From positions 16,430,001 through 16,494,000 of the forward strand of contig NC_043009.1 in the NCBI RefSeq assembly GCF_006345805.1: a stretch of 64,000 bases of DNA, given 5' to 3'. The translations under genes were made by a program, and so were the position numbers. How positions within the stretch are numbered: position 1 is the first letter of the stretch; each line of letters begins with the position of its first letter. Source of the stretch: Octopus sinensis. Lineage: Eukaryota. The notes beneath the pieces were generated by a model that worked only from the letters and a program-made list of their open reading frames with translations, ran no database searches and was not told where the DNA came from. Below, one piece after another: positions 51,016 through 64,000 of the stretch.

Positions 51016-52296
51016 TCAGGCTGAGTAAAAAGTAACCAACGTTTTGAAACATAAAAGTCATCTCAATATATTTCAGCAATGCGGAAATATTATTCATCAA
51101 AGTGAGTACCGTTACAATGAACATACTTTTGCCAACGAGTTGCAAATTTGTTTTTTCCGGTAACATAAAAATCTGGAGTTCTGGAGCTGATGAACTCTTG
51201 CAACGCACTTTCAGTATCGGTTTGATTTTTGAACTCCTCTCGAAAGAAACCGAGAAGGTGCTTCAGAAAGTGGTAGTCGGTAGGAGAAAGATCTGGGGAA
51301 TAAGCTGGGTGGAAATGAACTTCGTAGCCAAGTTCCTTCAACTTCTGGAGCGTCATTAGAGAAAAGTGTGGTCGAGCATTGTCATGAAGAATGATTGGCC
51401 CTCTTCTGTTGACCAGTCTGGGACGGTGGAATAGCAGATTTTCGTTCATTTTGGCAATTTTGTGCCAATATGTTTCTGCAGTAATGGATTTTTCGGGTTT
51501 TAAGAAGTTATAGTGGATGAGTCCAGTAGTACACTACCAAACAGTCACCATAGCCTTCTTTTTGAAGAGATCGGGTTTAGGAAAGGTTTTCAGTTTTTCA
51601 TTTGGTCCAACCACTGTGAAGAACGTTTTTTATTATTGTCCAGAATCCACTTTTCCTCGCAAGTTACAATACGGTCGGGAAATGGATCGGTCTGGTTACG
51701 GAGAAGAAGCGACGAGCAAATGTCATATCTGTACATTTTCTAATTTTCATTCAAATCGTGTGATACCCATTTATCGAGCTTTTTTGATTTTCCGATCGTA
51801 TGCAGATGGTCGCAAGTAGTTTCCTGTCTAACTTGAAGTTCTTTTGCTAGTTCTCGAGTGGTTTTACGTGGATCTTTCTCAATGACGGTCATTAATTGAC
51901 TGTCATCGATGACAGATGGGCGTTCATTACGCTCACGACCTTTAAGGCTCAGGTTTCCACTGCGAAATCGTTTTAACCATTTTCGAGTTGACCTCTCACT
52001 AGTCATTTCCTCACCAAATGTTTCGTTTATATCGCGAACAGCTTCGGCTGCTTTACGTCCCTTTTGAAGTTGAATAGCAAAATTGCTCGAATATCGCGCT
52101 TTGCCAGTTCCCTTTCAGATGATTGTAACAGCAGTGGAAAAAAAAAATCAATGTTTATTTATTGATGCATTTGAACAATTCTATGTCTGTATTAGCAGAC
52201 AATTGCAAAAAGATGCTTTAAATAATCAAAACACTGCAAAACTGCGGTACAAATTGTTCATGGTTCAAAACACTGCTTACTTTTTACTCAATCTGA
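51016..52296 (-). mobile_element. Near full-length mariner (DD34D) with disrupted transposase
   Basis: ~34-bp TIRs TCAG..TGAGTAAAAAGTAA.CA..GTTTTGAAC; WLKRFRSGN, WVSHDL, HDNARPH and HPAYSPDLSPTDYHF. Confidence 0.93.
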
Positions 52297-52307
52297 TGTG
52301 TGTGTGC

Positions 52308-52374
<67 letters not shown>

Positions 52375-52730
52375 TATTCTATTTATATTCTATTTTTATT
52401 TTTGTTTCATTTTTATTCCTTTTTTATTTCTTATTTTATTCTATTTCTTATTATATTCAAATTTGTCCGTTAGCTCTCACACACACTAAAACAATAATAA
52501 CAATTCCATGCATTTAGTCTGCCGGAAAGAACTGATTGGTCGACATGTAATTTTTTCATGTCTAATATTTCCTTGTTGATATTTTGCTCATAACTTATAA
52601 ATGCACATTTATTGAATAAATTTGTAATTTATCGAATGAGTATAAATTAAAGGAATTATCAATTTATTAATAAATAATTATTAACCATTAACTCGTTATT
52701 TTTTCTCTTAATTGAATATGGATTATATAG

Positions 52731-52796
<66 letters not shown>

Positions 52797-52827
52797 TGCG
52801 TGTGTAGCACAAATAATATTTTCAGGA

Positions 52828-53530
52828 TGAAATAAAAAGACAACAAACGGAAAACATGACATACCTATAAAAGACCCCCTTCGGTCATGAATGACCATGG
52901 GATTGCACCTAGAAAGTTACCCTCCTAGACACAAGTCCGGGCAAGGTTGTTTATGGAAGACCAGCAGTCGCCCATGCATACCAGCCTCCCCTCTCCACGC
53001 CACCAGTGTTATCCAGTGTTATATATATATATATATAATTTTTTAAAACGTATAGTAATTACACAGACACGCGGAAAACACAGAAAGTCACCAACTCTTC
53101 TTCAGTTATCGGCCAGAGAGTCGAGTGCAATTTCGGCCATTATCGATAATATTGTTTCCACTCTGGCGGCATCGGCAAGAAACTAATTATTGTTTTCGTG
53201 TGGCCCTAACCCTTTATTCTGTTTATTGTATTTTCCTCGTTCGTCTACTAACGGTCTCGTCTTCAGCCCGTCTCGTTTTGTTATGTTTTGATCCCATTCC
53301 CGACGTTTCTTGCCAGTGTTTCCAGAGCGGAAGCAATATTATCGATAATGGCCGAAATTGCGTTCGACCCTCTGCCCAATAACTGAAGAGGAGTTGGTGA
53401 CTTTCTGTTTTCCGTTCGTGTGTGTATTTAGTATATGTTCGTATGGCTATTTACTACACGTTTTATAATTATATGTATGTATATGAGTATGTACAGGTAT
53501 GTCATATTTTCCGTTTGTTGTCTTTTATCT
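52828..53530. repeat. Foldback element (arms 53031-53183 / 53305-53475; outer arms 52830-52868 / 53491-53530)
   Basis: CAGAAAGTCACCAACTC.TCTTCAGTTAT and CAATTTCGGCCATTATCGATAATATTG are mirrored; a SINE C fragment interrupts the left arm. Confidence 0.88.
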
Positions 53531-53650
53531 TTTATTAAACTTTTAATACTTTTGATATAAATTTAAAATAATATAAATTAATTAATTTTATGTATCGGCT
53601 TAAGTTTTTCATTGTTTGATTTGCCTAATAGTGGTTTTATCTCTAATTTA

Positions 53651-53687
<37 letters not shown>

Positions 53688-53742
53688 TTATATATATTTT
53701 TATTTATATACATATTTATATATATGTATATATATATATAAA

Positions 53743-53831
<89 letters not shown>

Positions 53832-54094
53832 CAAATATAAAGGACAAAATAGAGTGAAAAAGCTACAGAAGCTTTATATACAGAAGTGTTATATAGTTAT
53901 CGAATATATTTGAATCGTTATGTTAGAAAAATGTTATCAAATTTTGTGTATAGTAACATTGTTTTGGTAGAAATAACCGGTTTTGTATTTTCTTTTCAAA
54001 TTTCTTTACCTATATTGTGTCATCTCTTCGCTATGTTGTGAAATAAGGAGTTCCAGACAGGGGAAGCTAATCAAAGATTTTTTTGATAGCCAAG

Positions 54095-57000
54095 ACCCTA
54101 TCAAATGCCTTACACTGGTCTAAATGCACCTGTACTCCCACCCTGCTCCAGAAAGTTTCCTAACCGTCTCTAAGGAGTAGCGTATAAGGTGGAGATTATC
54201 GTGGATTCACCTGTCCGGGATAGTGCAAGTTTGTGCTTCCCCGACAACTCAGACCACGACCCGCGCCAACATTTTTGCCGGCACCTTGACCAAAATCTTT
54301 AACTCTGTGTTTAGCAGAGTTATGGGCCTAAAGTTCCCTATCTCATTCCCTTTGCTCGGGTCCTTTCTGATCAACGTCACCACCCCGGCTCGCAGACTTG
54401 GGAATTCTTCCATTCTGTTGCCAGTTGGCGTAAACGCTGGCCAGTAGGTGCCCGAATAAGTCTGGCATACTTTTATAGAATTCATAGGGCAGACCATCGA
54501 GACCCGGCAACTTCTCCCTGGGGCAGTCGCCCAGCACCTCGATTACCTCCTCGGCTGTGATTGGTCCTTCACAGCACTCGGCCTCTCGTGCCGAGAGACG
54601 CGGGCCACCAGACAGGAAGTCCCTAAGGGACTCACCATGAGACAGCGTCCCGCCCCTCCCGAACAACTCGGCAAAGTGCCTGTAAAGCGTCTCACACATC
54701 TCGTCCCGTCTTTCGACTGAACGTCCGTTTTCATCGACAAAAGACCTAATTGTGGCAACGTTTCCACGCCGGGTTTCTACCGTGTGGGACCATCCGGTAA
54801 CATTAATTCCTTCACGACCCAATGCTCGCACTTTAGCCCGAACTCTACACCCCTCATGTTTGGCTTTGAGGAGCCGGTCCAATGCCGTTCTCGCTACCAA
54901 AATGTGAAATGCAGAGCCCAACCTCAACGCCTTTTCTATGTCCTTGACTAGTTGCCCTTCTATTCTGGCCTTATCTAGTCTTAGCTGTTGACTAAACCTA
55001 ATGGACTCAAATCGCTCTCTTGAGGGCGAACCACCGGCGGTTATTAACCACAGCGCCAGTTAACGCCCTCTGTACTAACTCCTTAATCCGGCTACGGTAT
55101 GCCTCGCAAGTCAAAATAGCTTCTTAAGCTTCCAATAGCCGGGTCCTCTCTTAACTGTACCATTCATGTGCAGTCTACACTTAACCATTCTATGGTCAGT
55201 GTAGACTACTTGGACAATCCGTGGACAGCTAAAACTAGTCTTATCTCTAGTTCTTATCACTATCCTATCTAAGTAAGACTTGAGCTTTCCGTCGCCACTA
55301 ATCTAGGTCCACTCTAGGACGTCCGGATAGTCAAGCCTGTAACGATCTGCCAGCTGAAAGCGCTTGAGCAGATCCACGAGACGTGAGTTCACTTTCCTAC
55401 TGGTCGAGCCAACGCTATCTATGCGTGCGTCAACAATAGCTTTAAAGTCACGTAACACCACTAATGTCTTCGGCGTCACGAGAAAGTTCTCCAGGCGCCG
55501 ATAAAAATCAGTTTGGCATCCTCTAGGACAAGGTGCATAGAGTCCGATCAACCTGAAGGCTTTTCTGCTGTATGTCACATTAAGGACGACCAGCCCACCT
55601 TCTAGGTCCACATAGACTGTGCTTGTCTGCAGAGCAGAGCCTTTACGGACCAGTACCACTACACCCACTCGTCCTCCGGTCTGGCCAGGAAACATGATTT
55701 TCTCATAGCTATTCAGGAGGGGCGAGAAAGTATGTAGACTGTCCAGCTTGGTCTCTGTAGCAACCATCATATATATATATCTTGTGATCTGAGGTCGTCG
55801 GGGAAACAAGTTTACTTCCACTTCGAACTCAGACCAGGCACATTCAGACAACCAAGGTTAAGTGCAGTCACAACTTGAAAAGTAGAGGTTCTACATACCC
55901 TTCATGGGCGACGATGGGGCTGACCTCACCACACATGAGGCAGCCCTTTCCTTCTCCTCCTTCTCCAAATACTTCGGAAGGTTCCCAATTTTTCCGATGG
56001 CCGTCGGGTATCTTTCCTTCAAATGCTTGAATAGGGTTTCCCCTATCCAGGCACACCTCCTTGACGGTGTGGTGGTTCACAATTATTTCGTCCGTGTATT
56101 TGTCTCTGGTGTCAAATTCTACCAACACCTTAACGTCACAATCATCTTTTTCTTCTTTTTTTTTCGGGGACAAGGGAGCGGTTTTATTTTTTTGTAATTG
56201 GCTGTGTTCTCGTTTGTTTTTGTGGGGGAAATGGATGGGGACGGTGTATGAGTTCGTTTACGAACTACTGCGTACTCCCCCTCGACCACCTCCAAGGTGT
56301 CGTCCGAGAGAGCTGTACATTTTCCATCAGATGCCAACAAGGGGTGGGTATTTTTACTTGTATCGAGGTTTGTGTGTGCAGGGATTGGGATTTTGTGGTG
56401 TTATGTTTAGGGGCCGGTACCGTAGTTGGGGGAGCGGGAAGTTTTACTTGTGTGGGGTCTGGTATATGCGTAGGCTTGGAGACTATTTTGGGATTTTCTG
56501 AAGGGCCTGGTGTCTCCGCCATTTTTCCATCTTTTCCTTTTCTTTTTGTTTCCTTGTTTCGCAGTCCACGCGAATGTGACCCTTTTTCCCACATTCATAG
56601 CAGGTGGGTTTTCTTCCTTCCACCTGCATTCTAAGGGCCACATTCTCGCCCACGAGCACCCTTTCAGGAAGCTCCTGGAGGTTTTCCTGCGTCCCCTGTA
56701 CAATTGCTGTAATGCTCCGCCCGAGCCAATTCTGGGGGGCAGAGCATGTAAGTTGCAAGAATTTTATACGATCCGTCCTGTTAAACAACAGGGCGGCCAT
56801 CACCTCCTTCGTGTCCACTTCCGGTGGTACTTCTGTCACCTTCGCACGGAAATTCCGCCTTCCCACGTATGTTGGTAGACGTACCACCTCCTTTGTCTTC
56901 AGGGGACACATGGAATGCCCGCGGGCCACCTCTTCACTAGAAAAATGGACCTCAACTGTACCGTATGCCCGTCCCCTTGCAATATAGGCTACGTCTTTCC

Positions 57001-57230
57001 ATATCGAGGACAGGCATTTTTCAATTTTCTCTTTCTCGAAATGTTTAAACCTTCTGTTTTGTGGGCAGAAGGATTTAAGCACTACGGTCCGTTTTTCTGT
57101 GTCGACCACACTGGAGGAGGGTGATATTTTAACGTCACCGTCCTCCACTTTCATTCTTTTAAATAAACCTTCCTGCTGATCGACAGGAATGTCGGTATTT
57201 TCGGCAAAGATATTCTAGAACTCGACTGAG
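54095..57230 (-). mobile_element. 3'-truncated Tx1/L1-clade LINE: ORF1 (CCHC), APE and start of RT
   Basis: CYECGKKGHIRVDC, ATETKL, LYAP, LRDFKA and NFRPITLLNTELKIL; ORF2 is clearly homologous to 5700-6960. Confidence 0.93.
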
Positions 57231-57345
57231 GATTGAAAACTCCAAATGATCAGTCCTTGTTTTCCTTGCATCGTCTGTCTGGATATTTTGTTTTCCCTTT
57301 TTTGTTTCACCTATCTGGATGTTTTCCGTTGTTGTCCCATTTTTG

Positions 57346-57444
<99 letters not shown>

Positions 57445-57539
57445 GTGCGACAGGAGAAGGGGAGAAAACAGATAGAAATGGATAGAAACAAAGAAGATAC
57501 ATCATATTTATGCACGTGCATTTATAGTGGATGCAAGCA

Positions 57540-60500
57540 TGTTTGTATGGATAAAATGTTGGCAAGTGCCTTTTACTATAGCTTAGGTGTCTTGTCAGTG
57601 ACATTCGGTATTTTTGATGGTGAGTATTCCAGCTAGTGTAACTTTCTTGCTTGATAATGGAAAACCCCATCAAATTGGAAGTCTGTCGTTTAACAAATTC
57701 CAAGGAAATAACAATCATCAAAGTTTTCAAATATTTAGTGATTTTCACCAATCCTATGACCCGATAATGGACGTATACGGTTCGATTTGTTTTGGAGACC
57801 CCGATAGCAGGTATCTCAATATACTAAACTAAACAGGCAATAGGAAAGTTAATTTTATTCCATAATATATTGCATAACGGACAGTCTCTGTTCTAACAAT
57901 TGTATTTAGGTTAATTTTTCAAAGTCTAATCTACTCGATTGCTGTATATTCGAAACAACCAATAGACCCTACAAGTATACCTTAAAAGATCACCTGATGT
58001 CTTGAAGACCCCGATAGAAGGTGTCTCAATATATTAAACAAAGCAGTTAATAGAAAAGTGAGACGCTTTTAATCTTATTCCTTTCATTGCATATTACACC
58101 GAGAAGCACAGACTTGGCGGCAGAAGAAAACCAAGTTGTTCTTTGTCTTACAGAATTTTTGAATTCCCAAAATATAAATGATAGAAGCTTTAGTAATGGA
58201 TTTCTGAAACTGAGACCACAGAAATGGCCACCGGACTGGTACTCTATACACGTTAAAAATATATATTAGCGACTGGGACAGTATTAATACTGAAAGATAA
58301 TATTTATCCCCACTTAAACGTGGACGTTCTGTTAAAACAAAAGGGAGAAGACAGGTGAAAGTGGGCAGAAACAGGGAAGATGCATCATATTTATGTACGT
58401 GCATATATAGTGGATGCTAGCATGTTTGCATGGATAATATGTTGGCAAGTGCCTTTTACTATAACTTAGGATCAACAGATGCCTTGTCAGCAAAATTTGT
58501 TTTGATGGCGAATACTTCAAATGGTGTTTCCAAGGTGCCATTGGGATTTTACCCTTCTTAACAGTGAATGCCAAAGAAGATTTGGTTCAGTTTATTTCCT
58601 TAAGTTCTAACTGGCTTGTAAAGGTAATAGCTAATAAACCTGACAAACTTAGAGGAGAAGAGAGATGGTACAGAGACAACGAGAAAGACTGAAGTGTGAG
58701 AAACATATGCGTATGTATTGTATGAATACACACACGTATTTACGTATATATTTATATAACTGTGTGTGTAAATATACAGGTACATCATACCTGTATGATG
58801 TACCTGTATGGTGGTCTGGCGGATGCAATCATTGCAAGTGACGTCGTTTGGACTGGAAGACGATACCTTCTCTCAAACACATTTACAAGCAGTCTCAGGC
58901 TATCAAGATCTGATGGTTATCGTAAGAAAATTCTGGAAACCAACATTATCTCAGTCAAGAAATTTTTACTTTCCGTCTGATCTTCTAAATTTATATGTGA
59001 TTCGCGACAATCCTATTTAAGATTTCCTACATCACAGAAGAGAAACAATGACTATTGAAAAGACAACAAAAGCCGCCGTTAATGACATGATGCGTGCACT
59101 AAATAACGAGTTGGTTCAGTATGAGCGTTCCATTGTTTATTATGATTTTACAGCTGCAGACTAGCAGCAATAAAATGTGCTTGTTAATTCAAATGAACTA
59201 GATACTTCAGACAAAGTCTGTAACAACAATCAGATAAATATGCTCAATAACGAACAGAGAGTTGTTTCGAGACAATTAAAAGAAAAATTGAAAACAATGA
59301 ATGTGGAGGAACAGCAGAAACTTTTCTGCTGAACTCGCCAAATACAGGCAAATACGATCGAATGGGCAAGGTACTGGTATTACATCAGGTACTGTAGTTA
59401 TACAGTCAAAGCTGGAATAGACTTCCCATTCTCACTTCAAGTTTTCGATTCCGGTAAAAATATACACGAACCTATCATACATCTCTTTATGCAACCAGTC
59501 ATCTTCTGTACTACATTCAGCATTGGCGTCGGTCGAGTCTCCATAATTCTACCGACATCTTTTTGAAGTCTTGAATAGCACCCTTCAAAATATAATGAAC
59601 TGGTATTAATTATTACCCTCATGGTAATTATTAGTCCCTTGTAGAGATTTTCACTAAATTCTCCAAGCAGTCCGTAGAGCTAGACGATTTTAACTAATTG
59701 ATGCATACAGGAAAAGGTATTCCATTTGGAGTGGAATGCGAGGTTTTGCAATCCAAACATATATACGAGTTTTTAATTGTTTAAACAATGATTTTACTGC
59801 ATTTAATGTACTAAAACACCATCCAAACTTCTGCTGGAACTGGGTGAAGAAAGAATAATCCTGAAACAACTTTTCAAGACACCATTGTGGTTTTGCCCTT
59901 CCTAACAGCGAATGCCAAAGAGGATTTGGTTCGATTTATTTATTCCGAAGTAGCAATACACGTGTCTATTCTAACAACAATAAAAATTATGAGAACGTTC
60001 AACCAGACGATGAAATTACGAATAAACCTCATAGAAGTGTGATTAGACCGGGAAGCACAGATTTGGTGGCAAGTCGTTCTTTTGTCCTATATATGAATTC
60101 ACAAAAAATAAATTATCTATTTCCTCACATCGTAAAAATCAAAATAGGAGCTTTAGTAATGGTTTTCCAAAACTGAGACCACAGAAATGGCTCCTGCACT
60201 GTTACCCAATACACTTTCAAATATATATATTAGCGACAGAGGCCATATTAATAACGAGTGGTAATATTTATCCCCACTTAAACGTGGATGTTCTATTGGA
60301 AACAAATACGCTGCGGTAGATACCATGAGAGAAACTCTGATATAGGCTTTCGGTGCAAATCACACTCTTGTTTATGCCGCTAGCTGATGCAAAAAGCAAA
60401 ATAGGGCTAGCTATATAAGCACGAGTGCATTTCGCACCAAAAGCCAATATGAGAATTTCTCTCATGATATCTACCGCAGTATAGTCTGTTCTAACAGAAC

Positions 60501-60920
60501 ATCCACGTTTAAGTGAGGGTAAATATTAACTCCATACACGGTTCTCAACGCTGTAGTTGACAATTTAGTTGACATCAGCAGACTTAATGACGTTGACGCT
60601 GTAAAGATACAAAGGATTCCTTGGATATCTCTGCAATCGTCTGACACCGATTTACCATTTACTCTAAAAACAATGTAATTTCTTGCAATTTTCGAAATAT
60701 ACGGCCTAGTCGATAAATAAGACAGGGGCAAAATTTAAACATATGCGGATTGCGTCCCCCGATTCTAGTGTTCATATGCGGACAATCATATGCTGCTATA
60801 AGCATACAAACCTAAGAATAATTGCATATGCAACGGGATTCAAGCATAAGACCGGACAGACACATCAAAATAAGGAAAACAGAAACTTAACAAGGAACAT
60901 TGTTTTTAGAAATATCATCT
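57540..60920 (+). mobile_element. Old decayed Helitron helicase region with internal duplications
   Basis: LNNEQR (59241), IPFG (59718), KIKIGALVMV..LRP (60135), IPWISLQSSDTDLPFTLK (60616), INK..GQ and VFICGQSYAAIS (60710-60805). Confidence 0.72.
60262..60528. mobile_element. Foldback MITE (~265 bp, almost entirely self-complementary)
   Basis: CACTTAAACGTGGATGTTCT and CTGCGGTAGATA.CATGAGAGAAA are mirrored; ends TAATATTTA / TAAATATTA. Confidence 0.85.
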
Positions 60921-60949
60921 AAATATATTCAAATATTGCAGAATGTATA

Positions 60950-61834
60950 CGAGGTGGAATCAAAGATTTCCCGGACTTGTTCTCTAGCGTGCCAGCAGAT
61001 GCCAGCACACGGTTGCGTGCGCAGTGTGAACTGGCAGTGAGCATCATGAGGAAGAGTGCTGAGTGACATCACTGTGTTTACTTCTCAAGTTGTTAAATTT
61101 GCGTTTTTGTCATCACGAGTATGTTGCAGTCTACGATTTTGTCATGGACAAGAAGTTGAAACAAAGAGCCAACGCGAAAGTTTACGTCAAACCTGGGATG
61201 TCTGCTACAGAGACATTGAGCATGTTTTGGCAAGCTTACGGCGACAAGGCAATGGATCATGCGCAATGTTTCGAATGGCACGAGCGCTTCAAAAGAGGAA
61301 GAACGCCTGTGGAAGACGACGAGCGGTCTGAAAGACCTGCCACGAGCGTCACACCCGGAAATGTGGTACTGTGTATCGAGAATTCATCCCCCGGGGCCAA
61401 ACTGTCAATCGGAAGTTCCACTGCGACTTTTTGAAGTGTTTGAGGAAGGACATTCGTCGAAAGCGACTGAATCTGTGGAGTACGAAGAATTGGATTCTTC
61501 ACTGAGTTCTCCTCACTCGTGAGTTTCTAGCCAAAAACATGGTATCGCTTTCCGCACCCCATCCTATTCGACAGATTTAGCACCAGTGGACTTCCATCTC
61601 TTCCCCAAAATAAAAATGTTGCTCAAAGGTCACCGTCTTAACAACTTAGTCGAGATCCAGAGCGAATCGCTTCTGGAAAACAACTTTCAGGCCGGATTCC
61701 AAAAGAAGCAGGAACGCTGGCACCGGTGTATTGCTGTACAAGGTGACTCTTTCGAAGTAGACGGATCTTAAAACTTATGTAAATAAGTTATTTATTAAAT
61801 ATAATTAGTCTGGGAATATTTTGATACCACTTCG
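60950..61834 (+). mobile_element. Internally deleted mariner (family M1)
   Basis: TIRs at both ends; colinear with 29374-30282, including the deletion junction. Confidence 0.92.
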
Positions 61835-62069
61835 GATACTGACTTTGCAGAATAATTAATAAGATAAGTTTTAAATTAACAAGATTAACAGTGTAGCCTT
61901 CATAGACAAAGACAGCTTACATTTCAATAGTTTCCCTAAATAAACAGCGCTTGATGTGACATTTACGAAAATGAAAATAGAGTTAAACTCCATACACTCT
62001 TTATTTCTCTGTATTTAAACTGAATATATTTTATATTAGATGAAGCATTTTAAACAGAAGCTGGGCTCT

Positions 62070-64000
62070 GGTTCAGGAATTTCAAGCTTTTGCGGAGCGT
62101 GAAACCACCTCTTAGCCTTTGTTGTTCCCAAATTCATTTTCACCGGGAGAAGTAGCACCTGTCAGGACCCCATATATGGGTTAACTAGTATATATCTCAT
62201 GGGCAGGATGGGACTCTTTCATCTTGAACGACAACCCCTCTCCAGGAAACTGAAACTCCAAAATCAGACTAGGATTATAGAAGTCCTTTACCCTTGGGTG
62301 AAAATCCCTTTAATGATAGTGTTACAAAAAAAATACTGTTTGGTGGAAAACCTAAAACACATCCCTCAAACTTGAGAGAAAAATACGAAATACAAATGAA
62401 ATAAATAACGGCGTGAATGAAACTGGAACCAAGAATGGTGACGCCGTCATGTCCGGCAGGTGTGCCGCTGCGCAGCAGGGTTGGCCGGTCGTCAACCAGC
62501 AACAGCTAGCCAACAAGCAAGACTGAGTTAGAGCAAGCGAGGGAATATTGCAGTTATTGAGAGCTGATATTTAAGTAAGCTTGTTGGTGAAGAAGAAAGA
62601 TTAATCAATGAATACAGGACAATGGAAGGGAAAAAAGAATATTTGAAACCCCTGAACTGAGAATATGCGATCAATTTAAAGCGATTGGAGAGAATGAGTG
62701 GCTAAATGATGTCGAGCTTGAGCTAATTAGAAGAAGGGTTCTTGACATAGAGAGTGAAAGATTTGAAGAAATGGAAAAGAGTAGGATGGAAATGCGACAA
62801 AGGAAGGAACTTTAAAGGAACCTGCTTATGATGTGCCATATAAGGAGCTTGATCACGTGATGAATGTACTTGAAGAAGAAAACCTTGCATGGGAACAGAA
62901 AACACCGTGCAACGGGATAACAGCCGAACTTAGAAAAGGGGACAATGACTAAATCTGTAACCTAGGGATGGTTGATCAGTGGTACTTAAAGCAGGAGACA
63001 ATGAAAGTGAATGAAGCCCTAAAGTATATCCATACAAGCAACGTTTCAAAGGCTAATAATTGGCTCAGAGTAGGAAGTATTACAGAAGCAGAGAATGAAG
63101 GCGTGGCCACAAAGAAATCGATAAGTAATACCAAACGAAAGCACACAGAGGAGGTGGAAAAGACGAATGCAGTGAGGTATTGAAACATTAGTGAAAGACA
63201 TTTCAGCGCTGGGCAGAAAAATCAACGGCATCTTTAGAAATGAGCAGAAGAATGATAGACTGAAGAGACAACATGACATAGAAAGAAAGAGGCTCTTGAT
63301 TGTATTTGAAGAACTGGAACAACGTGTGATTGCAAAGAAACCAAAAGTACCAAGGTATGAACAACGAATTATACAACCCCAATGTAACAAGTTCTTCAGC
63401 ATAGACCAAAAGAGGTTTTGCAAGAAAATTAATGAGGAATTAGTAGAATAAGCGTTAGTCCCAAATGAACAGGACTGTAAAACTTCTCTAGTAATATCTG
63501 GAGTAAAAGGGGAGAGCACAGCAAAAAGGCTGAATGGTTAAAAGATCTGAGGAGAGCCTCTGTAAATCCGAGACAGACAGAAATTATAATTACAGGGGGA
63601 TATTCGAGAAAGAAGTAACCGTATAACTAGAAGTCGTCAGACCCAGACAGAGTGCAGTGATATTGAATAAAAAAAAATTTAAGTGGTGCCACGCAAAGAT
63701 TGCAGTAGAGTTTGACGTTTTGTTAGGGAACTGGAGAGGAAATACCAGAGTGGCTGATATAGACAGAACAGTTTTATGCATGAAGAACTTGGTGAAAGAA
63801 AATCCTGCCGAGAACTTTCAGATCAATATTTTGTTTACTTTCCATGTGGAAGCTATTGACAGTGGTAATTGCAGATAAGATGTATACACACTTGGATAAG
63901 CAGAAGGGCAGCAAACGAAAAGAGCAGAAGAGTAAATGAAAATGCAGAAGTGCTAAAGAACAGTTGCTAAGTGATACGATCTAATTGCTAAGTACTAATT
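62070..64000 (+). mobile_element. Decayed R4/Dong-like non-LTR retrotransposon (5' part), running off the window
   Basis: EELEQRVIAK..RYEQRI..CNKFFSIDQKRF, KKFKW.HAKIA, RTVLCMKN..PAENF and WKLLTVVIAD resemble the pre-RT and RT-0 regions of R4-clade elements; start is approximate. Confidence 0.6.

Overview
Eukaryotic, AT-rich, microsatellite-dense DNA made almost entirely of nested and decayed transposable elements. The tRNA-headed SINE families look like those I recognise from Octopus genomes (inference, no database search). No complete host gene is visible; most ORFs in the track are microsatellite or antisense artefacts, and there is one candidate 105-bp minus-strand exon at 747-851. The elements are Tx1/L1-type LINEs, RTE-type relics, an R4/Dong-like LINE, three Penelope-like (GIY-YIG) elements, five Helitron units, several mariner/Tc1/DD37D transposons and MITEs, and three or four SINE families. 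Three observations stand out. (1) About nine type I hammerhead-ribozyme motifs can be folded by eye; they sit in inverted Penelope pseudo-LTRs, in small non-coding inserts, and in a young 559-bp-period direct repeat that looks like a retrozyme. (2) There is a possible Tx1-driven three-part system: an ORF2-bearing LINE, an ORF1-only (HAL1-like) element and a SINE sharing the LINE 3' tail all end at about the same point in the tRNA-like head of another SINE. (3) There are several large foldback structures, including a ~620-bp spacerless AT-rich palindrome. All alignments and folds were done by eye; boundaries of decayed elements are approximate.
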